From an uncultured Chitinophagaceae bacterium (GTDB lineage Bacteria; Bacteroidota; Ignavibacteria; UBA10030; UBA8401), in NCBI GenBank assembly GCA_964367235.1, contig CAYIXI010000003.1, positions 4,560 through 68,559 on the forward strand: 64,000 bases of DNA, in the 5' to 3' direction. A program made the translations under genes and the position numbers. Shown here one piece after another: positions 1 to 9,580 of the stretch. Numbering within the stretch: position 1 is the stretch's first letter; every line of letters starts with the position of its first letter. The notes beneath the pieces are model-generated. The model searched no databases, was not told the origin of the DNA, and was given only the letters and a program-made list of their open reading frames with translations.

Positions 1-792
1 ATAAATTACGATGAGAAGTGAAATTCCAACAAGTAAAAACATCAATGGCCACATTAAAGATTGAATTTTTGCAAGTTCAAGATTTTTATTCATGTACTTC
101 AAACTCAAATTTTTGAATTGACCAATTTCAAATTTTTCTCTTGCGAATGCTTTTATAATTCTAATGCCGGAAAAATTTTCTTGCGCCGCAGTTGTGAGTT
201 GCGAGAATTGTTCTTGCCGTTGCGTATATTTTTTATGAATGCTTTTACCAATCCTAAAAACTGCAATCGAAACTAATGGCAATGGAATTAATGAGTACAA
301 AGTTAAACTCCAATCTTTCGTCAACATTATTCCCAAAGCAAAAATTAAAGTCAAAAGCGTATCCACAGGATACATTATTCCTGGTCCAAGAACATTTCTA
401 ACCGAAGCAATATCGTTTGTTGCGCGCGCCATTAAATCGCCAGTTGAAGTGTGCTGAAAAAAACTCATTGGCAATTTTTGTATGTGTTCTAAAAAATCAT
501 TTCGCAAATCAAATTCAATTTTTCTCGAAACAACAATTATAGTTTGCCTCGTCAAGTAAGTCATATATCCGCCAGCAACTGCAAAGCCAACAATCAGCAT
601 CGCATAATTTATAAAAATAGTTTTATCAACAATTTTATTTTTTGCCGATAAAACAATTTCGTCCATCACTTTGCCGATGTAGTGCGGCATCAAAATATAA
701 AAAAGGTTGCTTAGGATTACGGTTAAAACTCCAAAGGCGAGCGTTTTTTTGTATCGTTTAAGATATGGAATAAGCTTTAAAAGCGATTTCAT
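1..792 (-). CDS. ABC transporter fused permease/ATP-binding protein (MdlA/MsbA-like), N-terminal TM domain; 3' end beyond window
   Basis: Not in the ORF track. Manual translation from ATG at 792 is open to the window edge: MKSLLKLIPYLKRYKK...RQTIIVVSRKIEFDLRNDFLEHIQKLPMSFFQHTSTGDLMARATNDIASVR, typical of ABC exporter TMDs. Confidence 0.88.
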   Translation of the reverse strand, partial: MKSLLKLIPYLKRYKKTLAFGVLTVILSNLFYILMPHYIGKVMDEIVLSAKNKIVDKTIFINYAMLIVGFAVAGGYMTYLTRQTIIVVSRKIEFDLRNDFLEHIQKLPMSFFQHTSTGDLMARATNDIASVRNVLGPGIMYPVDTLLTLIFALGIMLTKDWSLTLYSLIPLPLVSIAVFRIGKSIHKKYTQRQEQFSQLTTAAQENFSGIRIIKAFAREKFEIGQFKNLSLKYMNKNLELAKIQSLMWPLMFLLVGISLLIVIY

Positions 793-801
793 TTCGATGT
801 T

Positions 802-2067
802 CTAATCGATTACAGTAAATTTTGTGTAAGGATGTAAAACTTTCGGGACGATTATTTTTCCTTCGGGGGTTTGATAATTTTCGATGATTGCCGCGACAAC
901 TCGAGGAAGCGCAAGCCCACTTCCATTTAATGTGTGAAGATATTCTTGTTTGTTAGTTTCGCGAGATTTAAATTTTACTTGCATGCGTCGCGCCTGAAAA
1001 GTTTCAAAATTACTGCAGGATGAAACCTCGAGCCATTTTTCTTGTCCGCTTGCCCAAACTTCTAAATCATATTTTTTTGTTTGAGTAAATCCCATATCGC
1101 CCGTGCACATTAATAAAGTTCTGTAAGTTAGTCCGAGAAGTTTTAGCAAATCTTCCGCGTCGATTCGTAAAGATTCAAGTTCATCGTAACTTGAGTTTGG
1201 ATGAACAAATTTTACAAGTTCAACTTTATCAAATTGATGAAGACGATTGAGTCCTCGAACATCTTTTCCGTACGAACCTGCCTCGCGACGAAAGCAAGGA
1301 GTGTACGCGCAAAATTTTATTGGTAATTTATTTTCTTCGATTACTTCGTTTCGCAAATAATTTGATACAGGAACTTCCGCAGTCGGAATCATATATAATC
1401 CATCTCGCTCAGCGATGTACATTAAATCTTCTTTATCTGGGATTTGTCCAGTGCCTCGCGCGCTTTCTTCGTTCACAACAATTGGTGGCATTATTTCGGT
1501 GTAACCTTTTTTATTTGCTTCGTCAAGAAAAAAATTTATCAACGCTCGCTCAAGTATCGCTCCCTTTCCAACATAAAATGGAAATCCTGCACCAGCAACT
1601 TTTGCGCCACGACTAAAATCTATTATTCCGAATTTTTCCGTTAACTCCCAATGTGGTACACGCCAAGATTCTTTAATTTGTTTCTCGCCAAATTCATAAA
1701 TTACTTTGTTGTCGTTTGGAGTTTTGCCAATTGGGACTGTGGGATGTGGTACATTTGGAACAGTCAATAATAATTTACTTAAAGAGATTTCTACATTTTT
1801 TAATTCTTCATCAATTTTTTGCGCACGGGCTTTAATTAAATTTGATTCTTCAATTTGTGTATCAACATTTTCACCTATGCGTTTTGCTTCTCCAATCTTT
1901 TGCGATAAATCATTTCGTTTGGCTTTTAAACTTTCCACTTCCTGAATAAATTTTCTTCTGGTTTCATCGAGCGAAATAATTTCATCAACATTGTCAACTT
2001 CCGATTTTGCCAAAATTCCACCTTTGACAAGTTCAATATTTTCTCTGATAAATTTTAAATCTAACAT
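802..2067 (-). CDS. serS: Seryl-tRNA synthetase
   Basis: MLDLKFIREN start, coiled-coil arm, PTAEVP, motif 2 FRREAG, motif 3 LNGSGLALPR. Confidence 0.98.
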   Translation of the reverse strand: MLDLKFIRENIELVKGGILAKSEVDNVDEIISLDETRRKFIQEVESLKAKRNDLSQKIGEAKRIGENVDTQIEESNLIKARAQKIDEELKNVEISLSKLLLTVPNVPHPTVPIGKTPNDNKVIYEFGEKQIKESWRVPHWELTEKFGIIDFSRGAKVAGAGFPFYVGKGAILERALINFFLDEANKKGYTEIMPPIVVNEESARGTGQIPDKEDLMYIAERDGLYMIPTAEVPVSNYLRNEVIEENKLPIKFCAYTPCFRREAGSYGKDVRGLNRLHQFDKVELVKFVHPNSSYDELESLRIDAEDLLKLLGLTYRTLLMCTGDMGFTQTKKYDLEVWASGQEKWLEVSSCSNFETFQARRMQVKFKSRETNKQEYLHTLNGSGLALPRVVAAIIENYQTPEGKIIVPKVLHPYTKFTVID

Positions 2068-2086
2068 TTTTATTTCCTTAAAATAG

Positions 2087-2842
2087 TTATTGTAAAATTT
2101 TTATAACAGCTAATAATCCATCGTTATTTAAAGGTGATTTTAAATATTTCACCGATTCAATTTCAATTTTAGGACTATTTGAAGTAAAGATACGAATTAC
2201 ATTTGAAAGATTTTCATTATCCGATTTAAAATTATCGCTCAAATTTTTAAAAGCCAATTCAGTTTTATTTGTGTAAAAACTTCCACAAACCAAAAATAAA
2301 TTATCGTCATATTTTTTTAAAAATGATTTCAAATTGTTTGCTTGCAAAATTCTTTCAGCTTTTAATTCCTCATCAAACTCTACCGATACACAACTAAGCG
2401 AAGTTACTCCGACATCAATTACTCCAAATGCCAACGACCGACGAACTCGTCCTTTTGAAACTGGTAAATCTTGCGTTGTAGTTTGCATTACCGGGAAAAG
2501 AGAAAATATTGCATTACCAGAATCGAAACCTTCGTAGTAACGAGCATTTCCAAAATAATAATTCCAATCTAAATTTTTTGCTAAACTTCTTACAGCATTA
2601 AATCCACCTTGCCCGGATTTTGGTTGTTCAATTTGTTGAATAAATAAAATATCGCATTCACTCTTTTTTACCCAATCTGCAAATTTAGAAATTGGTGATT
2701 TCGAATTAAGCGCATGACCAGAATTGACAACCAATATTTTTACCGAAGATGATAATTGCGATTTTTTTTTTAGAATATTCTCCTTTGGCGCGCACGAAAA
2801 AAATAAAATAGAGAAAACAAAAATGATTGTTAAATTTTTCAT
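2087..2842 (-). CDS. Endonuclease/exonuclease/phosphatase-fold lipoprotein with degenerate active site
   Basis: Lipobox FFSC. EEP scaffold is recognisable (CDILFIQQIE, GNAIFSLFPV), but QE, GDFN and SDH motifs are replaced. Confidence 0.7.
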   Translation of the reverse strand: MKNLTIIFVFSILFFSCAPKENILKKKSQLSSSVKILVVNSGHALNSKSPISKFADWVKKSECDILFIQQIEQPKSGQGGFNAVRSLAKNLDWNYYFGNARYYEGFDSGNAIFSLFPVMQTTTQDLPVSKGRVRRSLAFGVIDVGVTSLSCVSVEFDEELKAERILQANNLKSFLKKYDDNLFLVCGSFYTNKTELAFKNLSDNFKSDNENLSNVIRIFTSNSPKIEIESVKYLKSPLNNDGLLAVIKILQ

Positions 2843-3744
2843 TTAAAATTTACTTCATCTTTTTTCATTTCAATTAGCCCATCTTCGATATTATAGAATT
2901 TAATTTTCAAATCTCTTTTGGATTTTTCCAAATTCATTGTTGTATTTTTTGGTCGATTGGCTTTTTGTTTTAATTCAGACGATGATATTTTCTGAATTAA
3001 ATTTCCATCTAGTTCAAATATTTTTGCGCAGAGTTTCGCCAAATCAAATCTACTTATTTCACTCTCTCCGCAAAAATTGTAAATCCCATTTATATTATTT
3101 TTTGCACAGTAAATTATTCCCTCAGCTACCGATCGAGCATAAGTCGGATTTGCAATTTGGTCATCGGCACAATTTATATTTTTTTTGTTCCGCAAACTTT
3201 CAATAACCCAACTCGGAAAATTATATTTTAATTTTGTTCCAACTCCAAAAATTACCATCGGTCTTAAAATGCAAAAATTTATCTCGCCAGTTAAAATTGC
3301 ATTTTCTGCCGCAAGTTTTGTTTTTCCATAATAACTTATTGGATTTGGAATATCCTCTTCCGAATAATTTCCTTTTACGCCATCAAAAATATAATCGGTT
3401 GAAAGATGAATTAATTTTGCGCCAATTCGCTTTGATATTTCAACGAGATTTTTCGTTCCTTCAGCATTCACTCTCCACGCAGTTTCTTTTTCATCTTCGC
3501 AAAAATCCACATTCGAAATTGCAACAGCATTTACAATTACATCGGGGCGAAAACTTGATAGCAAACTTTTTACATCGCTTCGATTTGTGATATCGAGTTG
3601 AGTGAAATCGGATTTGATTTCTTTTAAATATAATTCTCTTTTATTTGATGTATGAAGAATTTCAAAATCATTTTGATTCTCAAGTTGACGAGATAAATAT
3701 TGACCAACAAGTCCGTTGCTTCCGCAAATTAAAATTCTTTTCAT
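2839..3744 (-). CDS. rfbD: dTDP-4-dehydrorhamnose reductase (RmlD) family SDR
   Basis: GSNGLVG, STDYIFDG, YGKTK (YxxxK), DQIANPT, RPKNTTM. Confidence 0.85.
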   Translation of the reverse strand: MKRILICGSNGLVGQYLSRQLENQNDFEILHTSNKRELYLKEIKSDFTQLDITNRSDVKSLLSSFRPDVIVNAVAISNVDFCEDEKETAWRVNAEGTKNLVEISKRIGAKLIHLSTDYIFDGVKGNYSEEDIPNPISYYGKTKLAAENAILTGEINFCILRPMVIFGVGTKLKYNFPSWVIESLRNKKNINCADDQIANPTYARSVAEGIIYCAKNNINGIYNFCGESEISRFDLAKLCAKIFELDGNLIQKISSSELKQKANRPKNTTMNLEKSKRDLKIKFYNIEDGLIEMKKDEVNFK

Positions 3745-3746
3745 AT

Positions 3747-4484
3747 TTAAATTCTTCGAGTTGGTCCGTAATCTTCGAGCATTTCTTCATTTTTTCTCCA
3801 CAATAATTGACAAGCAAACGCATTTTCAATCAGAGCGCGACCAATTACTACCGAGTCGACTCCGAATTTTTGCAATTCTTGTAAATGAATTAAATCTTGG
3901 AAACCGCTAATCCCTCCGGCAACAGTTACTGACATTTTGCAATCTTCCGAAATTTTTTTAATTGTGTTTAAATTTATTTCCGATAAAGTATTTGTGTGAG
4001 ATATATTTGTAAAAAATACTCGGCACAATCCTTTTTCTTTTGCAAGTTTTACAATATCTAATAAGTTTATGTGTGAGTTTTCAAAAAGCAATTCGCCATT
4101 CTCAACATCTAATCGCAAAGAGATTTTTCTCTCGCCAAATTTTTTCACACACTCTAAAATTAATTCTGGCGTTTTTATCACATCTAAATCCAAAACCACT
4201 CGATAGACTCCAATTTGGATTGCACGCTCGACATCTTCAAATTTTTTTATTTCGCCTTCAATCTGAATTGGAATATCAATCGTATTAACAATTTTTTGAA
4301 CTAAATCTAAATTCTGAAGTGTGTAATTATTATCAATTATGTGAATTGATTTTGCGTTTTCTCCTCTCCACAACACCGCAGTTTTCACTGGGTCATCGGA
4401 GTATTCCTGAAGATCAGTTGCACCTTTTATACGACGAAGACATTTTCCGTTTCGAATGTCTAATGCTGGAATTATTAGTATCAT
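3747..4484 (-). CDS. hisA: HisA-like (beta/alpha)8 barrel protein with degenerate catalytic and phosphate sites
   Basis: IIPALDIRNGKC, DDPV, HIID, AGGIS, VIGRAL are present. GGGIR is replaced by EGEIK and TDISRDG by TNISHTN. Confidence 0.75.
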   Translation of the reverse strand: MILIIPALDIRNGKCLRRIKGATDLQEYSDDPVKTAVLWRGENAKSIHIIDNNYTLQNLDLVQKIVNTIDIPIQIEGEIKKFEDVERAIQIGVYRVVLDLDVIKTPELILECVKKFGERKISLRLDVENGELLFENSHINLLDIVKLAKEKGLCRVFFTNISHTNTLSEINLNTIKKISEDCKMSVTVAGGISGFQDLIHLQELQKFGVDSVVIGRALIENAFACQLLWRKNEEMLEDYGPTRRI

Positions 4485-4531
4485 AGAAATGTGTTTTAAA
4501 ATGCAGAAAAATTAATTGAACTTCAAGAAAC

Positions 4532-4555
4532 AAAAACGCCGACTTATTGTCGGCG
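4532..4555 (-). terminator. Rho-independent terminator after nrdJ
   Basis: Perfect 7-bp GC stem CGCCGAC-AATAA-GTCGGCG followed by TTTTTG on the minus strand. Confidence 0.8.
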
Positions 4556-4579
4556 AAATTTGTTTGTTCTAACTTTTAA

Positions 4580-7333
4580 TTACGAGCAACCACTTGTCGA
4601 TCCGCAATCCAAACATTTATAACAACTTCCTGATCGAATCATAATCGATCCACATTCGTGGCAAGGTGGTGCATCGGATTGAGTTTGAAAAATTAATCGT
4701 TCGTTAGTTTCTGTTTGAGATTTTTTATTTTCGCTTTCCTGTGCCGATATAAGTGCCGCAGTTTCAGCCACTATTGACGAGGGTTGTTCATCTTTTGGTA
4801 AAAATTTAAGACCAAGCCATCTAAAAATATAATCGCAAATAGATTTTGCAATCGGGATATTTTCGTTATTTGTAAATCCTGATGGCTCAAATCTCATGTG
4901 ACTAAATTTGTTTACAAGAATTTTTAACGGAACGCCGTATTGCAACGCAAGAGAAATCGATGTTGCAAACGCATCCATCAAACCAGAAATTGTTGAACCC
5001 TCTTTTGACATCGTAATAAAAACTTCTCCCGGTTGACCATCTTCGTACATTCCAACTGTGATGTAACCTTCGTGCCCAGCAATACTAAATTTATGTGTGT
5101 AAGATTGTCGTTCAGTTGGTAAATGTCTTCGTAAAATATTTTTTGAAGATGATTTTTTATTTTCTTTTTTGATTTCTTTTTTGTCATCATCCATTGATGT
5201 GCTGAGCGGTTGAGTTCGTTTGCATCCGTCGCGATAAACTGCGATTGCTTTTAATCCTAATTTCCAACCTTCAATATAAACTTGCATAATTTCATCAACT
5301 GATGCTTCGTTTGGTAAATTTACTGTTTTAGAAATTGCGCCAGATAAAAATGGTTGAACTGCTGACATCATTTTTATATGTCCCATGTAATGGATTGAGC
5401 GAGTTCCGCGTGAAGCTTTAAATGCGCAATCAAAAATTGAAAGATGTTCTTCTCTTAAAAATGGCGCGCCTTCAATCGTTTCATTTTTTTCGATGTAGCT
5501 TAAAATATTTTCAATCTGTTCTTGATTGTAATTTAATTCCTCGAGCGCTTTTTGAACTGAGTTGTTGACGAGTTTCATAAATCCGCCACCAACAAGTTTT
5601 TTATATTTCACAAGTGCAATATCTGGCTCAACACCAGTTGTATCGCAATCCATCATAAAACCAATTGTACCAGTTGGCGCAAGCACAGTAGTTTGTCCAT
5701 TTCTAAATCCAAATTGTTTTCCAAGTTCAACAACATCATTCCAAATTTGTGTTGATGCTTCAGTCATCGAAAGTGGAACGAAAGTATTACTAATTCTTTC
5801 TGCGTACAAACGATGCTTCATCATAACATTCATCATCGGCTCTTTGTTAATTTCGTATCCTTTGAAAGTTCCAATTTCTCCAGCGATGAAAGCAGATTGT
5901 TTGTAAGCTTGTCCACACATAATTGATGTGATTGCCGCGGCGTAATCTCTTCCTGCTTCACTATCGTATGCTAAACCATTTGTCATCAAAAGTGCGCCAA
6001 GATTTGCGTAACCCAAACCAAGCGGACGAAACTCGTGAGAATTTTTTGCAATTCTTGGAGTTGGATAACTTGCATTATCAACCCATATTTCCATAGCAGA
6101 AGTGGTTACCGATACTGCATGAATAAATGCTTCGACATTAAAATCGCCATTTTCACGGACAAACTTCATCAAATTAAGCGATGCCAAATTGCAAGCGCTA
6201 TCATCTAAATACATATACTCGCTACACGGGTTTGAAGAATTAATTCGCGAAGTGTTTGAAGATGTGTGCCAATTATTTATTTGTGTATCGTACTGCATTC
6301 CGGGATCGCCACAAATCCAAGTTGCTTCGGCAATTTGTTTTAAAATATCGCGAGCTTTGTAATTATCTACAATGCGTCCATCGTGAACTGCTTTTGTTGA
6401 CCAATCTTTATCTTCCAAAACTGCTTTCATAAAATCATCTGTAACGCGAACGGAGTGATTTGCATTTTGATAATCAATCGAGTCGTACGCTCCGCCAACA
6501 ACATTAAATCCACCATCGTAACCTGCATCGATGAGAACCCAAGCTTTTTTTTCTTCTTTAGCTTTGCAATTTATAAATTCGACAATGTCGGGATGATCAG
6601 CATTTAAGATTACCATTTTTGCGGCACGACGAGTTTTGCCACCAGATTTAATTACTCCAGCGAACGCATCATAACCACGCATAAATGAAACTGGACCAGA
6701 TGCAGTTCCTCCACCAGAAAGAGTTTCACGCGAAGATCGAAGTGTTGAAAGATTTGAACCAGTTCCCGAGCCCCATTTGAAAAGCATTCCTTCGGTTTTT
6801 GCCAAAGTCAAAATTGATTCCATGTTATCTTCAACCGAATTGATAAAACATGCCGAACATTGCGGTCGCTCTTCGATTCCAACATTAAACCAAACTGGGC
6901 TATTAAAAGCCATATATTGATTTACCATCAAATAACTTAATTCATCGTAAAAAGTTCTTTCATCTTCGTCTGTGGCAAAATAATTTCCTTCTCGTCCCCA
7001 TTTTGTTGCGGCGCGCGCAACTCTATCAACTAATTGGCGAACGCTTGATTCTCTTTTTGGAGTTCCTATTTTTCCATGAAAATATTTTGAAACGACAACA
7101 TTCGTTGCCGTCATCGACCAAAATTTAGGAATTTCTACATTTTTTTGTTCGAAAACTTTTTCCCCTTTTTCATTTGAGATAAGCGCAGTGCGCTGTTCCC
7201 ACTCGATTTCATCAAACGGATGAACTCCTGCCTTTGTAAAGTGTCTTTCAAATTTAAGACCCTTTTTTTGGCTTTGATTTTCAATTTGAATTTGGGAAAT
7301 GTCGGTTGCTGTTTTTGTATCTGTTTGATTCAT
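4580..7333 (-). CDS. nrdJ: Class II (adenosylcobalamin-dependent) ribonucleotide reductase
   Basis: FNSPVWFN, CSACFI, SNPCSE (NxCxE), APTGTI, SGAISKTVN, TSCPD-like domain and C-terminal CHECG...CLDCGSTSGCS ribbon. Confidence 0.96.
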   Translation of the reverse strand: MNQTDTKTATDISQIQIENQSQKKGLKFERHFTKAGVHPFDEIEWEQRTALISNEKGEKVFEQKNVEIPKFWSMTATNVVVSKYFHGKIGTPKRESSVRQLVDRVARAATKWGREGNYFATDEDERTFYDELSYLMVNQYMAFNSPVWFNVGIEERPQCSACFINSVEDNMESILTLAKTEGMLFKWGSGTGSNLSTLRSSRETLSGGGTASGPVSFMRGYDAFAGVIKSGGKTRRAAKMVILNADHPDIVEFINCKAKEEKKAWVLIDAGYDGGFNVVGGAYDSIDYQNANHSVRVTDDFMKAVLEDKDWSTKAVHDGRIVDNYKARDILKQIAEATWICGDPGMQYDTQINNWHTSSNTSRINSSNPCSEYMYLDDSACNLASLNLMKFVRENGDFNVEAFIHAVSVTTSAMEIWVDNASYPTPRIAKNSHEFRPLGLGYANLGALLMTNGLAYDSEAGRDYAAAITSIMCGQAYKQSAFIAGEIGTFKGYEINKEPMMNVMMKHRLYAERISNTFVPLSMTEASTQIWNDVVELGKQFGFRNGQTTVLAPTGTIGFMMDCDTTGVEPDIALVKYKKLVGGGFMKLVNNSVQKALEELNYNQEQIENILSYIEKNETIEGAPFLREEHLSIFDCAFKASRGTRSIHYMGHIKMMSAVQPFLSGAISKTVNLPNEASVDEIMQVYIEGWKLGLKAIAVYRDGCKRTQPLSTSMDDDKKEIKKENKKSSSKNILRRHLPTERQSYTHKFSIAGHEGYITVGMYEDGQPGEVFITMSKEGSTISGLMDAFATSISLALQYGVPLKILVNKFSHMRFEPSGFTNNENIPIAKSICDYIFRWLGLKFLPKDEQPSSIVAETAALISAQESENKKSQTETNERLIFQTQSDAPPCHECGSIMIRSGSCYKCLDCGSTSGCS

Positions 7334-7472
7334 TTTTGCCTCAAAAATAGAATAAGTGTTTCAGAAAAATTTAATTTCAATTTAAAAAAAATGCGATTGA
7401 ACTTTCGAGTAATGGTTAAATAATAAATAAATTATAGTTAAATAATCAATAACATCAATTTAACCGCTTGAG

Positions 7473-7501
7473 AATATAGTATTATAGTGATTTCAAACCA
7501 A
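7473..7501 (-). promoter_or_regulatory. Putative sigma70-type promoter for nrdJ
   Basis: TTGGTT-N17-TATATT on the minus strand, about 140 nt upstream of the ATG. Confidence 0.4.
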
Positions 7502-7607
7502 GTTAAATTAATAAATATTTTTTTATTATTTTTTTGCTATTGACAAACACAAAAAAAATAAAAATTTGCGTTTTATTTTCACTTAGGGCTGTTATTTTTT
7601 GCAACAC

Positions 7608-7636
7608 TTGATAAATAACTTTTACTGTTATATTTT
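7608..7636 (+). promoter_or_regulatory. Putative sigma70-type promoter for the acyl-CoA synthetase
   Basis: TTGATA-N17-TATTTT upstream of an AAGGAAG SD-like site. Confidence 0.35.
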
Positions 7637-7669
7637 TAATTATCATTTTAAGGAAGAAAGGATTTTTTT

Positions 7670-9487
7670 ATGAGCATTCAAGTTCAGTTTTCGACAATAC
7701 CAGAGATGTTTGAAAAAATCACGAGTAAATTTTCTGGCGATACTCGCCCAGTTTTGATGTATAAAGTTGAAAAAAAATACCAAAATATTTCTTACAAAGA
7801 GTTACGGGAAAAAATAGAATATTTTATTTTAGGATTGTCGCAAATTGGGTTAAATAAAAATAATACGGTTGCAATAATTTCTGAAAATCGTCCTGAGTGG
7901 GTAATTGCCGACATCGCAACTCTTTCTCTTGGCGCAGTCGATGTTCCGATTTATCCAACTTCAACCCCAGAACAAATTGCATATATTTTTAATAATGCAG
8001 AGGTGAAAATTGCAATCGTAAGTAACCAATTTCAATTAAATAAAGTTTTATCCGTTAGTAAAAAAATAAAATCGTTGAAGCAAATAATTGTTATGAATCA
8101 AAATTTTCAAACTAACAATTCATCAGTTGTTGGTTTTAACGAAATAATTTTAAGAGGTGAGAAATTAAATCAAAAGAAAAAATTAAATTTAAAAACTCTC
8201 ACTTCAAAAATTAAACCAAGTGATGTCGTAACTATTATATACACAAGTGGAACTACTGGAAAACCCAAGGGTGTTGTTTTAACAAATAATAATATTGTTT
8301 CAAATATAAAAAGTAGTATTAAAGTAATTCCGATGTCCGAGAGCGATACGCTTTTATCTTTTTTACCACTTTGCCATATTTTTGAAAGAATGGGGGGATA
8401 TTACACGGCGTTTGCTTGCGGCGCCACAATTGCTTACGCAGAAACGGTTGAAACCGTTGCCTCAAATTTGCTTGAAATTAAACCCACCAAAATGACAAGC
8501 GTGCCAAGAATGTTTGAAAGATTGCAAAGTAAAATAATAAAACAAGTTGATAGCGGAACGAAATTGAAAAAAAATATTTTTTATTGGGCTTTGTCAATAG
8601 GAAACAAATTTGCTCACGCAAAAAAAAGAGGTTTCGTAAATCCAATTTTAAATTTTCAACACTCAATTGCAAATAAATTAGTTTTTAAAAAATTGCAAAA
8701 TGTTTTTGGTGGACGATTACAATTTTTTATTTCTGGTGGCGCGGCTCTTCCTCAATCGATTGGAGAATTTTTCGAAGCAATCGGAATAAAAATTTTGGAG
8801 GGATACGGATTGAGCGAAACCTCACCTGTTCTTTCAATCAACACACTTGATGATTATAAGTTTGGAACCGTTGGAAAACCTATTGAAAATGTAACTATTC
8901 GCATTGCAGAGGATGGAGAAATTCTTGCCAAAGGTCCAAATATTATGAAGTGTTATTACAAAAATCCGAAAGCGACGAATGAAGTAATTGATAAAAATGG
9001 TTGGTTCCACACTGGCGATATTGGATCGTTTGACGAACAGGGACATTTGAAAATCACTGATAGAAAAAAACATTTGTTCGTTAGTTCTGGCGGAAAAAAT
9101 ATTGCGCCTCAACCAATCGAAAATAAATTATTAAAAAGTAAATTTATCGATCAACTGATGTTGATTGGTGATGCAAGAATGTATTTGACTGCACTAATTG
9201 TAACGCAATTGGAATCGGTTCTTCAATATGCAAAAGATAAAAATATTGTTTTCCGCGACCAAAAAGAATTATTGACTTCGCAAGAAATTCACGATTTAAT
9301 AAAAGATGAAGTTGGAGAATTGCAAAAAGATCTTTCAAGTTACGAGCAAGTTCGGAAATTCGTTTTGTTGCACAAACCATTTTCAATTGAAGATGGCGAA
9401 CTTACACCAACATTAAAAATTAAAAGAAAAATAGTAGAAGAAAAATATAAAAAGTTGATTGAGTCGATGTATCAAATTAAAAAATAA
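7670..9487 (+). CDS. fadD: Long-chain fatty acid-CoA ligase (AMP-dependent synthetase)
   Basis: YTSGTTGKPKG, GYGLSE, TGDIG, ELTPTLKIKR. Confidence 0.9.
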   Translation: MSIQVQFSTIPEMFEKITSKFSGDTRPVLMYKVEKKYQNISYKELREKIEYFILGLSQIGLNKNNTVAIISENRPEWVIADIATLSLGAVDVPIYPTSTPEQIAYIFNNAEVKIAIVSNQFQLNKVLSVSKKIKSLKQIIVMNQNFQTNNSSVVGFNEIILRGEKLNQKKKLNLKTLTSKIKPSDVVTIIYTSGTTGKPKGVVLTNNNIVSNIKSSIKVIPMSESDTLLSFLPLCHIFERMGGYYTAFACGATIAYAETVETVASNLLEIKPTKMTSVPRMFERLQSKIIKQVDSGTKLKKNIFYWALSIGNKFAHAKKRGFVNPILNFQHSIANKLVFKKLQNVFGGRLQFFISGGAALPQSIGEFFEAIGIKILEGYGLSETSPVLSINTLDDYKFGTVGKPIENVTIRIAEDGEILAKGPNIMKCYYKNPKATNEVIDKNGWFHTGDIGSFDEQGHLKITDRKKHLFVSSGGKNIAPQPIENKLLKSKFIDQLMLIGDARMYLTALIVTQLESVLQYAKDKNIVFRDQKELLTSQEIHDLIKDEVGELQKDLSSYEQVRKFVLLHKPFSIEDGELTPTLKIKRKIVEEKYKKLIESMYQIKK

Positions 9488-9528
9488 AAAATTAAATACA
9501 TTTTCAAAACATATCTTTTACTTAATTA

Positions 9529-9557
9529 TTGTTTCTCATAACACTTTTTGCTAATTT
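9529..9557 (+). promoter_or_regulatory. Putative promoter for nuoA-F
   Basis: TTGTTT-N17-TAATTT, followed by TG. Confidence 0.4.
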
Positions 9558-9580
9558 TGTGTAGTAAAAATCTATTTATA

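Noticed and set aside
61-457. Short plus-strand ORFs at 61-276 and 239-457, and similar 60-150 aa ORFs opposite or inside long genes throughout the window
   Set aside because: They are shadows of well-supported genes on the other strand or frame, with no family motifs or RBS.
7471-7490. Possible NrdR box upstream of nrdJ (ATATAG/TATAGTG)
   Set aside because: Only the right half of acaCwAtATaTwGtgt matches and there is no tandem second box. It is better explained as -10 elements.
7540-7545. Perfect TTGACA hexamer upstream of fadD
   Set aside because: No acceptable -10 hexamer at a 16-18 nt spacing.
7334-7669. Largest intergenic gap examined for tRNA, riboswitch or sRNA
   Set aside because: Very AT-rich with no stable stems or conserved riboswitch/tRNA motifs visible; consistent with divergent promoters.
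9548-9580. TTG-initiated N-terminal extension of nuoA
   Set aside because: It overlaps the predicted -10 element; ATG 9581 gives a normal-length NuoA.
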